Source: Leidyana gryllorum EB-2025a (lineage: Eukaryota > Protista > Apicomplexa). Taken from it: a stretch of DNA of 64,000 nt. The notes beneath the pieces were generated by a model, which saw only the letters and a program-made list of their open reading frames with translations, had not been told where the DNA came from and searched no databases. Shown here piece after piece: positions 24,603 to 34,899 of this stretch (position 1 is its first letter; each line of letters opens with the position of its first letter). The position numbers were made by a program, and so were the translations under genes. Location: assembly GCA_048772705.1 (NCBI GenBank), contig JBLWGC010000216.1, forward strand, positions 62,001-126,000. Reading direction: 5' to 3'.

Positions 24603-26252
24603 CTACATCAATTTCGGCCCCAACTCTCCAACCGCAGCAGCCTTGCGAGCTTCGTGACTTGAGATAGCAGCTTCCATTGCGTTCACACGGGCCACACATG
24701 CCTTTCGGGCTTGCACCAACTGCTGGGCTTGCAACTGCATATCCTCGATGGTGACGTTGGGGCGTTCACTCTTCTGCTCTTCGCCACCAGACATACTCCC
24801 AATAGACTTCGGAGGGTTCAGAGAGGCCTCCTGTGCTTGCGCACGACGAGCCGTCAAAGACTCAATCATCCCAGGGGGCGGGCCTAACTCGTCCTCCTCT
24901 CGCTTCTGACGAGCTTCACGTAAATTCTGAGCCATTTCATCCGGGATCTGAGGCCCTTGGGGCTTTGTGCGGCTAATTGGAGCTGGTAATTTGCTCTTCT
25001 CCTCAGACTCTAGCTGGTCCCGACCTGCCTTTTGACTTCTATTCTCCTCGTCCGCGTCCCTGTGCCTCCGACCGTGCGAACTAATCGATTCCGCATGACG
25101 TCGGCTTCGGTGGCCGTCTTCTGATGTTGAGATTGACCGCCTTCTATGGGGACGGCGAGAGTCATTGTCATCCTCGCGATTGTCATATCGCCCTTTACTT
25201 GACACCTTTCCTCTTTTACTTGAGTGGCGCTCGTCATATGAATCCTCATCATGACGACGCCGATGGCGCCTGTCCTTTTCGTCTTCCACATGCCGCGACC
25301 GCTCTCTCCGCGGCGATACTGCGGTCCGACGACGGGTGTCATCACGCCGGCGATGGCGGTCACGGCCCTCTGATCCACTCTCCTCTCGGTCAACATTCTC
25401 CAATCGGCGCCTTGTCCGTCTTTCGCTGGGCTCATCATCATGATGTGCACGCTTCCGTTTCCTCTTGTGACCATCTTCATCTATGGATGCTTTGCGATGT
25501 CTGTGGCTCCGTTTCGCCGTCGCATCACCATCAGAATCAGTGAAGAGGTCAGCGTCCCTATGCTTTCTCCGCCGCTCTTTTTCCTTCTTGTGGCGCTCCA
25601 GCCGTCGTTCCAGCTTCTCTATGCGGGCCAAGTGTGCAGCTTCTCGCTCCTCTTGCTCCAGCATCTCTTGGGCTCGCAGGATGGGGTTTGATTGTACCGT
25701 CCGCTTATGTTGAGCTTCTGCTTGACGTATGGCGAACATGGGGTCCTCTCTCATCTTTCGCAGAAGATCCTCATTCCCAGCAGGACCTCCCCGACCGAGC
25801 ATGAGCGAGCCAGCTGCCCCTCCTTGCTTTAGCTCCTTGACTCTCTTGACGTCCTCGTCTTTCGCTGCTGGTGCTGCTTTCTCGCCCAAAAGGTACTTCT
25901 CTTGATCAGCAGCTTGCTGTTGGAGCGGACTGCGATGATACATCCAGTCTAGCTTCGCATCCGTTATTTGCCGAGCTATGTGTGCCGGAATATCATCCCC
26001 AAGAGTGGTGTTTTCGCTCACCCACTGGGTGCCCTGGTTTGTGGCATGGTCCCCAGCATAGTGGGCGCGTCTAAGCTCCTCAATATTCGACTCCTGCTGC
26101 CTTTGTTCGTGTAATTCCTGCTGACGACGCTGGGCAGCTGCGTGCTGGTTCTCCACCATCCAGACACGCTCGAGATTCCGGAAACTGCCAACATGGAAAG
26201 GCTTATGGTTGATAAAGGCGGCAGACTTCTGCCCAATCTTGCCCATATACAT
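24603..26252 (-). CDS. CWC25: Pre-mRNA splicing factor CWC25
   Basis: HKPFHV..RNLERVW, KLDWMY, EKYLLG and KMREDPMFAI, then an R/H/D-rich tail. Confidence 0.88.
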   Translation of the reverse strand: MYMGKIGQKSAAFINHKPFHVGSFRNLERVWMVENQHAAAQRRQQELHEQRQQESNIEELRRAHYAGDHATNQGTQWVSENTTLGDDIPAHIARQITDAKLDWMYHRSPLQQQAADQEKYLLGEKAAPAAKDEDVKRVKELKQGGAAGSLMLGRGGPAGNEDLLRKMREDPMFAIRQAEAQHKRTVQSNPILRAQEMLEQEEREAAHLARIEKLERRLERHKKEKERRRKHRDADLFTDSDGDATAKRSHRHRKASIDEDGHKRKRKRAHHDDEPSERRTRRRLENVDREESGSEGRDRHRRRDDTRRRTAVSPRRERSRHVEDEKDRRHRRRHDEDSYDERHSSKRGKVSSKGRYDNREDDNDSRRPHRRRSISTSEDGHRSRRHAESISSHGRRHRDADEENRSQKAGRDQLESEEKSKLPAPISRTKPQGPQIPDEMAQNLREARQKREEDELGPPPGMIESLTARRAQAQEASLNPPKSIGSMSGGEEQKSERPNVTIEDMQLQAQQLVQARKACVARVNAMEAAISSHEARKAAAVGELGPKLM

Positions 26253-26341
26253 CCTGGCGAGCCTTGAAGTGCACTTCTGCTACATATACCGATGAGTGTG
26301 TCCACCAAAAAAAGCGTGTGCTACTTATCGCAGCCCCGCAA

Positions 26342-27621
26342 ATGAAGGTGGCGGTGCTGCTAATTATTGTCTTCAATGTTGCTAGTGGGTTTAGATTATC
26401 CCCACAAGGCTCAGTGATCATCCCCGTCGCACCATCGAACATTGGCGGCTTGGATACCCATAGTGAAAAAATAGACCATGCAGGAGGAACTGAAGAAGTG
26501 CTAGCCAAAGGTCTGACATCTGTGTTACAAAGTGACGCAGAAGCTACACATAATGGTGCGTTATTAGTGTGTCTCGCTTCAGTCTTCGTGTGCAGAACAC
26601 AATATTGGGGAAGAGGCACTTCGTACTGCAACGTTACGATCTCAGAGTCTGCTAACGCAGGGAGCAGAGAAAGATGCATTGAGTGGTAGGATTTGGCACA
26701 CTGTGCACGTATTATGCTGTGTGTGACTACCAGCCACTATCGCTGAGAGGAAGGCGGAGCATGAGCTCAATGTGGAGAAGGAAGAAGGTAGGTAAACTTC
26801 GGTGTCGGTGGGTTAGGTCGCTCAGATGCGCACAAATTGCGAATGGAGGAAGCCCGAAATGAAAGACAAGAGGAAGAGGTTAGTGGTCAGTGTACTTCTG
26901 AATGTTGCTTTTGTGCAGGACGCCCATACGATAGATAAGTTAGCTGACGAGGAAGCGCATTTGGCCTCCATAGAAACAGGTGATCAATCTCAGATGTCGT
27001 GCGACGACCAGTTCGCAGCTTTGGACGGGAAGATCCGATCCAGTGAACACGCCCTTTTGGACCTAGAACACGAAGGTGCTGCCGAACTCGAGGAACAGGA
27101 AGCTCATCACAGCATCGCCCTACAAAGAGCAATAGCTCATGCTAAGGTTGGTTTGATAATCGCTCGTCAGATTTCTCATCCGTGCAGGAGCTGCAAGCTA
27201 ACGGCGAGCTCGAACATCTTCCGACCAGTCCCGTAAGCGACTCTTTTCTCGCTCTGATCAGCGATCACTCTCCCAGGAGCATATTTTGCGTCAAATGGAG
27301 GAATGCGAAGTGGAGATGGAGGTGCCAGTGGAGGCTGAAGCTGAGGCGGAGCCTGATGAGCTGCAAGAACTGGAGGTAAGATATTCACTGCAAGATGCCG
27401 TACTTGTGATTTTCACACTCAAGGATGAACTTGGAGCCGATGAAGTCAAGGCAGAGGTGGAGCTGGAGCACCCCGATTGTATTCCCGCGGTGGATGAGAA
27501 ATCAGTGCGGGACCTCCTCTCTGAAGCAGATGCTGTCCCACCCGAGGACCCGGAGACTCAAGAAGCGATCGGGGAAGGTGTGCTGGCCGAAGAAGATGAG
27601 GCAGCTAATGCTGATTTTTGA
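26342..27621 (+). CDS. Hypothetical secreted acidic/coiled-coil protein (multi-exon)
   Basis: Signal-peptide-like MKVAVLLIIVFNVASG, several short GT-AG introns, and Glu-rich exons ending ...ANADF*. Confidence 0.55.
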
Positions 27622-28440
27622 TCATATTTCACTCTCCTGAGTGGAAGGTACCTCTTCTTGAGATCGAACGGTGGGGCCCTCAGACACAGGTTCTGCTGAC
27701 GGGAGTCTTCGATGCGCTCTGTGGGGTCTGGCGTTCGCAGTGTGAAAGTTTGCGGCGAGTTGGTCATCATCAGCTCCCTCTTCAAAGTAACTGAATACAA
27801 ATCTCGCCAGTAGGAAAGGCATATGCTGCATGAAGACTGGGTAGGGTTGGGAAGCGTATGGCAGATCCCACAATGGCACCGCTTTCAGGTTGTAGCCTTC
27901 CGGAACGTGAAAGGCGCATTCAGGGGGTAGTTGCACTTGATATAGCCGTATTTGCTCGCGAGGACGGGTACAGTGGGTTGGTAAGTAGGGCATTGGGTGT
28001 CCCAGGTCGTTCGCCCCTGTCACCCAGAGGCTGCCGAGAAACTCTCCGACGGTCGCTTGGAACTGTGTTGGTGGAAAGTTCTCTTTGGGGTCGTAGCTAG
28101 TGGCAGGCTTCAGGTAGAGGTTGAGACGATCTTGGAGGACTTGACGATAGTTTGCGCCAGGGTGGGACGATGTAGCGAAGAGTCCCGATACATCTGGGCC
28201 TCCATTTACTCTGGGTTTTTGGAGGATGAGGATATGTGGAGTCAGCCATCGATGGGCAAGCATAACGCCAGCCAGGGTGGTTCTCATCCCTTTTCGGAAG
28301 AAGGCAGCATTGCGTTTGGCTGCGTCGTCAGCTGGGCAAAGAGACATTTTCTTGACTTGGGCTTGATTGACAACCTCGTAGCCATCCTGAGGGTAGAGTC
28401 TCCATTCGCATTGTTCAGATGTTTCATGATGAGCGGACAT
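27622..28440 (-). CDS. NUDT21: Cleavage factor Im 25 kDa subunit (divergent)
   Basis: LYP..Y, GMRTT..GV..HR...PHILILQ, VGEFLGSLW, PYLPTHCTRPREQIRLYQVQLP and LKAVPLWDL. Confidence 0.85.
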   Translation of the reverse strand: MSAHHETSEQCEWRLYPQDGYEVVNQAQVKKMSLCPADDAAKRNAAFFRKGMRTTLAGVMLAHRWLTPHILILQKPRVNGGPDVSGLFATSSHPGANYRQVLQDRLNLYLKPATSYDPKENFPPTQFQATVGEFLGSLWVTGANDLGHPMPYLPTHCTRPREQIRLYQVQLPPECAFHVPEGYNLKAVPLWDLPYASQPYPVFMQHMPFLLARFVFSYFEEGADDDQLAANFHTANARPHRAHRRLPSAEPVSEGPTVRSQEEVPSTQESEI

Positions 28441-28464
28441 TGTCAAAATTCCTTTTTTGGTTGA

Positions 28465-29355
28465 TCAGATGTTCCTACAGCCCAGTTCTATGTGGGCTTC
28501 CCAGTACTCTACGCTGGCTGAGTACTTTGTACGGTCGATGTCGACCCCGCTTCCTCCCTCAGAGATGAGTGCATTTCGCATCATAGTGATAGGTTGCATG
28601 GGAGTTTCGTAGTCCTCCAATTGAAACTAATGGCAAGAGTGTTGTGGGCTCTAGGGAGTGCGTCCACCTACTTTGAGACTTATCAGGTAGTAATCCGCGG
28701 GCTCGAGGTGATCAGCTATGGCCAATGGAAGGTATTATTGGCGTGTGGCCCGTCTTACCTGACTGTTTCATAGCTTGATACTCCTTGAGAATTTGTTCGC
28801 GACTGTAGAGGATGCAGTCTGGATGTGTGGACTGTGAGAAAGGTCGGAGAGACAGGAAAGTCTTACCAATATACTTTGCGGCGAATTGACGTAAGTCGAA
28901 ACCTTCATTCTTGAGGTCCTCAACCTCTACCCAGCGTGATAGCACTGCTAGTTCTTCGGGACGACGGCTTTTGTAACCGCACCTGAGAGGAAAGTGTATG
29001 TGAGCTTTGAGAGTGGCGTTGTATGGAGACTCACTTGGACAGTTTGCGAACTTCGGGAGAGATATTGATAGCAGAAGCGTAGAGTGGATAGGGGTTGGGA
29101 AGGAACAAGTGTTTGCAGAAAGGGGCATAGCCGTCTTTCAGTTGTGATGGAGAGACAAAGTTATCCCGGACATATTTCATAAAGGTGTCTGAAGTGAGGG
29201 GAATGGCCGTCTGCAGGTCGGGCAGGTCTCTGAACTCCTGGTCACTGATTGTGGGTTCAGTGAAAGACCGTTTCGCAAAGTCATCTGAAGTCAGTGTGAG
29301 AGTTGGGAGGAATCGACAGACGAGGCTCACCAAAGCCAATGGTGGGGAGTGTCAT
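28465..29355 (-). CDS. DUF3228-family protein
   Basis: Spliced [73 protein letters not shown]. Confidence 0.82.
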
Positions 29356-29898
29356 TCCCAGGGTCGACAACAGCGCTCAATTTGCTCAACCTGAATAGGC
29401 AAAATTTGATTGGGAGTGAGGAAGACTGCTTACTATACTCCAGGACTCGCCTGCCGCAGCAACACGCTCTTTGTCCTGTGGAGAGAAGCGGTCCATAGTG
29501 AGGCGGCGGCTTACATACGTTGAGCTGACGGTTGACTGAGAGATTTGAGACTTAGTGACTATTGAGTATCTGTGCTTACTGTCCTTCCATTGGACGTGGC
29601 TGCCATTTTTGAGCAGAACTCGCAGGTGATAGGGGAAAGGTTTGGTGCGGAGATATTGGTTCGCACGATGCCATATAGCTAATCCAATGATGCTTGCCTT
29701 GCTACAGTGTTCAATGGTGGGTACAAATTCGATAGTTACAATGATGAGATCAGTCCTTGGAGTTTGAACACTCACAGAATTAGTCTCGTTTAACACTCCA
29801 AGTTCGTCTAAGGATCGATTGATGAATTCAGGGTCGCGTATATCGTACACTTCATAGTACACCTCTTTGACTAAACTAGCTATCGAGTCCGGGCTCAT
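29352..29898 (-). CDS. CIA2: Cytosolic Fe-S assembly protein CIA2/FAM96/MIP18
   Basis: [27 protein letters not shown], and spliced [16 protein letters not shown]...VEQIERCC. Three short introns. Confidence 0.88.
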
Positions 29899-29931
29899 GG
29901 CGGACCAGATGGTGGAATTTTTGTATTGGAG

Positions 29932-31419
29932 ATGGCAGTCGAGCCGAAGGCCGTAGTTGAGGACTTTGGCGATGAGGAGGAGTTGGACCCCACCCTCCTG
30001 GAGCTAATTGACTCTAAGACTATGCAATGGATATTCGTCGGAGGCAAAGGAGGTGTTGGCAAGACGACCACTTCTTGCAGTATCGCCATTCAGCTGGCCG
30101 CCAGGCGCAAGAACGTGAGCTTCCGACCCCTGACTGATTTGGACCTTCTGCTGCCTACAGGTCCTCATCATCTCTACTGACCCTGCGCACAATTTGTCTG
30201 ATGCGTTCAGTCAACAATTCAGCAACTCCCCAACACCGGTGCAGGGCTTTGAGAATCTTTTCGCTATGGTACGACGTCCCAATCGAAATGCTCGCGATCT
30301 CACCTTCTCCTCTATCCACAGGAGATCGACTCCAGCATGAAAGTGGACACAGCTTTCAAAGTGCAATCAGAGGATGATTTTGGACTCATGCGAATGATAC
30401 CCGAGCTCATGTCTGCGTTCCCGGGGGTCGACGAGGCTCTCGGATTTGCGCAACTCATGGAGTAAGTGTGTCGTTCTCCTCCTCATCTCCACCTCCAGAG
30501 CTGTGCAAACAATGAATTACTCTGTCATTGTATTCGACACCGCTCCAACCGGCCATACCCTTCGGCTGCTGTCTTTCCCCGACTTATTGGAGAAAGCCAC
30601 GAAGAAATTCCAGGAACTCAAGGACAGTTTACCCGGCGTCTTTTCGGTAAGTCGACGTCATTTCCAGTCAACACTCGCTCTTCTGCAGATGTTCGAGTCT
30701 ATGGGAAAGGCAGAAGACGGCTGGTCCTCCAAGTTTGACAACATGAGAGCGATCACCGCCTCCATCAGACAAGTGTTCAAGGATCCGTCCAGAACCACCT
30801 TTGTCTGTGTTTGTATCCCCGAGTTCCTCTCGCTATATGAGACGGAACGCTTAGTCCAAGAGTTGACAAAGTAAGCGACACCGAGCAATTCCCGGGAATG
30901 AAACTTCCTCCATCAGGAACGATATGGACGCATCTTATATTGTGGTGAATCAAATCCTTTTCCCCATCGGTGAGACAACTGTTCCAACACCTTCACTCAA
31001 AGGTTGGCAGAGGAGTGCAATGCCATCTTGCCGGACGAGTACGACCTCCCCAGAGCTTTAGAGGACGCAACCAGCGATCCCGCTGTCGCGGAACTCAAGA
31101 AAAAGTACGCTCTGGTGGTTAAGAAGGTGGGTGTCACCCCAATAGTACTGTGATCACGACGGTTGTTTCAGGCCTCCGCCTTGGAGAGAAGCCACGTGGC
31201 CAGACGGAAGATGCAGTCAAAGTATCTCGCTCAAATCAGGGATCTCTATGCGTACGACTTCCACGTTGGTAAGCTATCACTCGGCAAAGACTAAATTCCG
31301 ACTCACTCACTCATGCAGTCCCGATGCCGTTGCGCTCGGATGAGGTTCGCGGTCTCGAGAGCTTAATGGCGTTCGGAAAGGATCTGCTGTCCCCAAGGCC
31401 GCTTCCAATCATTGAGTGA
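29932..31419 (+). CDS. GET3: GET3/TRC40/ArsA ATPase
   Basis: [57 protein letters not shown] and IVVNQ. Confidence 0.93.
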
Positions 31420-31430
31420 GACATCAGGGG

Positions 31431-33503
31431 TCACTCGCTGCTGGGAGGCATCCATGTCGCATGGGCATCGTCCATAAAAGCTATACCACTGGCCAGATAA
31501 GGATCTCCCAACGACATTGTCAACGAGTTGGTCTTCTTGAGCAGCCCTGAATCAACTATGAGCTTCAGTAGCCTCAGACGTCCTCCGTAACCCGCAGTCG
31601 CTCTCACATAAAGCTCATCCTCAGCTTGCACTTTCCAGCTGCTCCCTGGAGGACCTTCGCTCGAACCGACACAGACACTCAAATCTGCCCCTCCTAGGCG
31701 ATCGATGGTATCCAATGCGCGCCCCTCCGAACCGAACATCCACTGGTCAAATCTCACACTCCACTCGTAGTGTTTCCGCATCAGTTGAACGGGAGCCCCT
31801 CGATGTCTCGTCAAATACTGATGTAAAATAGTCTTGCGACAGCCGACTGGGTTGTTCCAAATATCAGGGCATTGCAGTGCACGGCCCCACTTCCCAGTCA
31901 CCAACAATTTCCCGACTTCCATTAAGGACAAGAATGGCAGGATGGACCCAATCAGTATTCGCTGTCGGGTGTCTAATTCCGGAAGTTGTGGGTCCTCCTC
32001 CATTTTCGTTGCCGGCACGTGTGCCCGCCGGATGCAGACATAGTACGGATTGACAACCTCGTGAGGTTGCCGAGGAGCTGGCTTCCCTTTGCCTTCGTCG
32101 CCTCTATAATAGCTGCCGTCGAAGTCTGGGTCTCGCACCGCGTCGGGAGTTACGAAAAAATCTGTACCAATTGATGTGATCTCAAAGTCGACATTCGCGG
32201 TAGAGTGCGCATGTAAGCTCAGTTCGATGGCCGGTGGCCGGGGGAAACATAACGTGAGATCAATGGGCACCATTGGTGCTGTCACTTGTGTTGTCGTTAT
32301 GTTTCGGGGTCCTGGAGCTTGATCAGCTCGCACAGATGTCATGACAATGTATGATTTAGCCGCATCAGGAGCCTTGGGGGTGGCTCGCAGACCTACTGTG
32401 ACGCAGCCTTCAGCTGTCCTTTCCGCTTCTGGGACTATATAGATGTAATTTAGCACAGACATATCGATGTAATTTAGCATAGCCATGCTGTCTACAAATG
32501 TTTTCAAACTAGTCCGAAATTCCTTTGGTGAGACTTGAAGACTAGGGCATCAGTATGTCACAGCGAGCAGGAAATACGATCAACGTACCATCGAACTCCG
32601 AGGGAGTCAAGTTTGTTAGAAATGCTTTGATGGTGTCACCAGACTGACCATTCATGATAAAGTCGTATTCAGATGAATAGTTGGGATCGGGCATTATAAA
32701 GAGGTCGTAGGTTGGATCAGGCCCTCCTCCTTGCGCATTTAAGAGTGCGTGAAGTCCCTCCTGCTCTAAATGATCATTTAAAGCAATCAATGACGCGTGC
32801 AGCTTTGTTGTTTTGGTTCCGTATCGGTTCATCACACCGTCAAAGCGCTGTGCCGCCTGTATATCTGGGATCTGAGGGACACGCGTGTGTGCATTGTACT
32901 CACGAGGCGGATCGCTGCTTTGCAGCGCTCAGAAAGAATCCGCACCAAGTCTCGTTCTAAGTTTGCGTCCTCAAGACTATGGATACCAATCATATTGAAA
33001 CCAGCGACTTGCGTGTCTCACAGGCATGCCATAAGGAATCCAAATTCAAAGAAGGCGGGATTGGCTGCTTTAAAGTCAACTAAGCAGCACGATTCACGGC
33101 TGAAACGCGCTTTGATGGCGCCAATGATGCCGTCTGGTCCCAATACGGGTGGTAAAAGCGGGCGAACGAGAGGTTGAGGATCGTGTTGTAGCAAAGTAGC
33201 AGCTGCAACTGTGACTGTCATCTTGCGACCGCGCATAAGCTGGGCAGTGATTGAGAATTGTGTAGATATGAAGACTGGGGCTTACATCGACCGTCTCATT
33301 TTCGGCGAGTTCTCGATCATATAAGCCCGCTAGGGGGGCGTCCATAAGCAATTCCACATCGACTGGCTGGCAGGTCGGTCGGCGTGATATGTGTTGGTGC
33401 GTACTGTCTGGTCAGCCACGAAGCTGTATGTATTGAAGTAAGTTCCGAGAGGTGCAAGGCCTAACGCCTGACGGTTCCGATCGTCGGCAATGTGTTCGTC
33501 CAT
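31431..33503 (-). CDS. Hypothetical protein (multi-exon, no recognised domain)
   Basis: The ATG 33503 exon splices in frame to the 33357 ORF. Further protein-like ORFs at 32542-32835 and 31431-32507; internal exon boundaries are uncertain. Confidence 0.55.
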
Positions 33504-33566
33504 GTTTTGTTTTTGGCAAAATTTCGAATGAATAAGTGACGGTTGCCGGGTATGCAGCAGCTGTGA

Positions 33567-34886
33567 ATGACCACCCTAAATCCTATTGACATAGACAAGC
33601 CGTCGCTGGAATGCGTCGCTCTCATTGACCTCGAGAACATTCGGTTGTCGTGGCAGCGTACCTATTCCCGAGTGTTTGAGTATGCTGATTTGGTGCTCTT
33701 ATGTGGGTTGACAGAAAAGTTGATGGACACTCGCATGAGCCGCATCGTTGTATTCGCTACAGACCCTACAGAGTATAAAGGGCGGCAGGTGCAGATAGTC
33801 GCCAACCGCTTGGGTCTCTTACAGGGCGGAACTAATCGGAACCTCTCGGAACACGAAGTTCGGGTACTTTGTGAGGAGCTCAAGAAGCGGCAAGTGCCTC
33901 TGAGCGACGACGTTGACGCGGGATTCAGAATAATTAAGTCATTGACTGAGGACGCTAAGGCGTCAGGAGCTTTGCAGCCAAAGGGCACGGCGCCTGCCGC
34001 GCTTCACCAGCAGCAGCAACAGCAGCAGTCCCCCATAAAATTAGACGACGACGATGATGATGATGATGACGACGCCATGAGTTGTTTGTCCTCTGTATCC
34101 AAATGTTCCACGCCCACATCGGACGATTCTTCTTCGTCCTCTTCGAGTGACGACTGCGAGATTATAAATGGCGATGATGGCGACGAGGTGGTCTTTTTGG
34201 GCGAGTCTACTACTACTGCTACAGCGGTAGGAGACAGCCGACAAAAGACCCCTGTCCATCAAAATGGAAGCCGAAAACGAGCCCGATTGGCATTGTCAGC
34301 TCAACAGCAGGTTGGGCCATTGCAACTGGGTGGTAAACTTTCTCTTCCACAGGTTGGACCATCAAGGAAATTTGCCAAAACGTCAGCTGGCGGCAGCAGC
34401 AGCGGCGGGTCTACTAGTCTCATGGAACGGCGGCTTTCCGATGAAGGACGACGGATTGAGCTGCGTCTGTATGGTTTCAAGGTAGCCAAAGGCCGCGCTG
34501 TGCAGCGTGGCTGCGACGTGGCATTAAGTGCCGAGTTGACAAAGACGTGTTTCCATCCGAATGTTGACAAGATTGTTCTTTTCAGTGCGGACTCGGACTT
34601 CCAGGAGATTATGCATAACACTATGGAAGCCGAAAACGTGGGCGGGGTCCTCAAGTATGCCAAGACTGCCTGGGTCTGTGGGTTTCGTCAGGCCTTCAAT
34701 CAGGCTAACATACGTGCCCTACGTAGTAATCGCCACAAGATCTTAGGTGGTCATCATGAACGTGGAGTCATAGTTAACGGGAATCTGAAATACGTCGTTA
34801 TCGACGAAGTCTTCCCTCAGATCAAATATGATTTAGAGACCCAAAGAGCCAAGCGGATACACTGGGCACCCCAACCTTTCCCCTAG
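33567..34886 (+). CDS. NYN/LabA (PIN-like) domain putative ribonuclease with low-complexity insert
   Basis: LIDLENI, QRGCDVALSAEL and IVLFSADSDF match the NYN acidic motifs. Intronless. Confidence 0.8.
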   Translation: MTTLNPIDIDKPSLECVALIDLENIRLSWQRTYSRVFEYADLVLLCGLTEKLMDTRMSRIVVFATDPTEYKGRQVQIVANRLGLLQGGTNRNLSEHEVRVLCEELKKRQVPLSDDVDAGFRIIKSLTEDAKASGALQPKGTAPAALHQQQQQQQSPIKLDDDDDDDDDDAMSCLSSVSKCSTPTSDDSSSSSSSDDCEIINGDDGDEVVFLGESTTTATAVGDSRQKTPVHQNGSRKRARLALSAQQQVGPLQLGGKLSLPQVGPSRKFAKTSAGGSSSGGSTSLMERRLSDEGRRIELRLYGFKVAKGRAVQRGCDVALSAELTKTCFHPNVDKIVLFSADSDFQEIMHNTMEAENVGGVLKYAKTAWVCGFRQAFNQANIRALRSNRHKILGGHHERGVIVNGNLKYVVIDEVFPQIKYDLETQRAKRIHWAPQPFP

Positions 34887-34899
34887 AGCATGCGCACCA

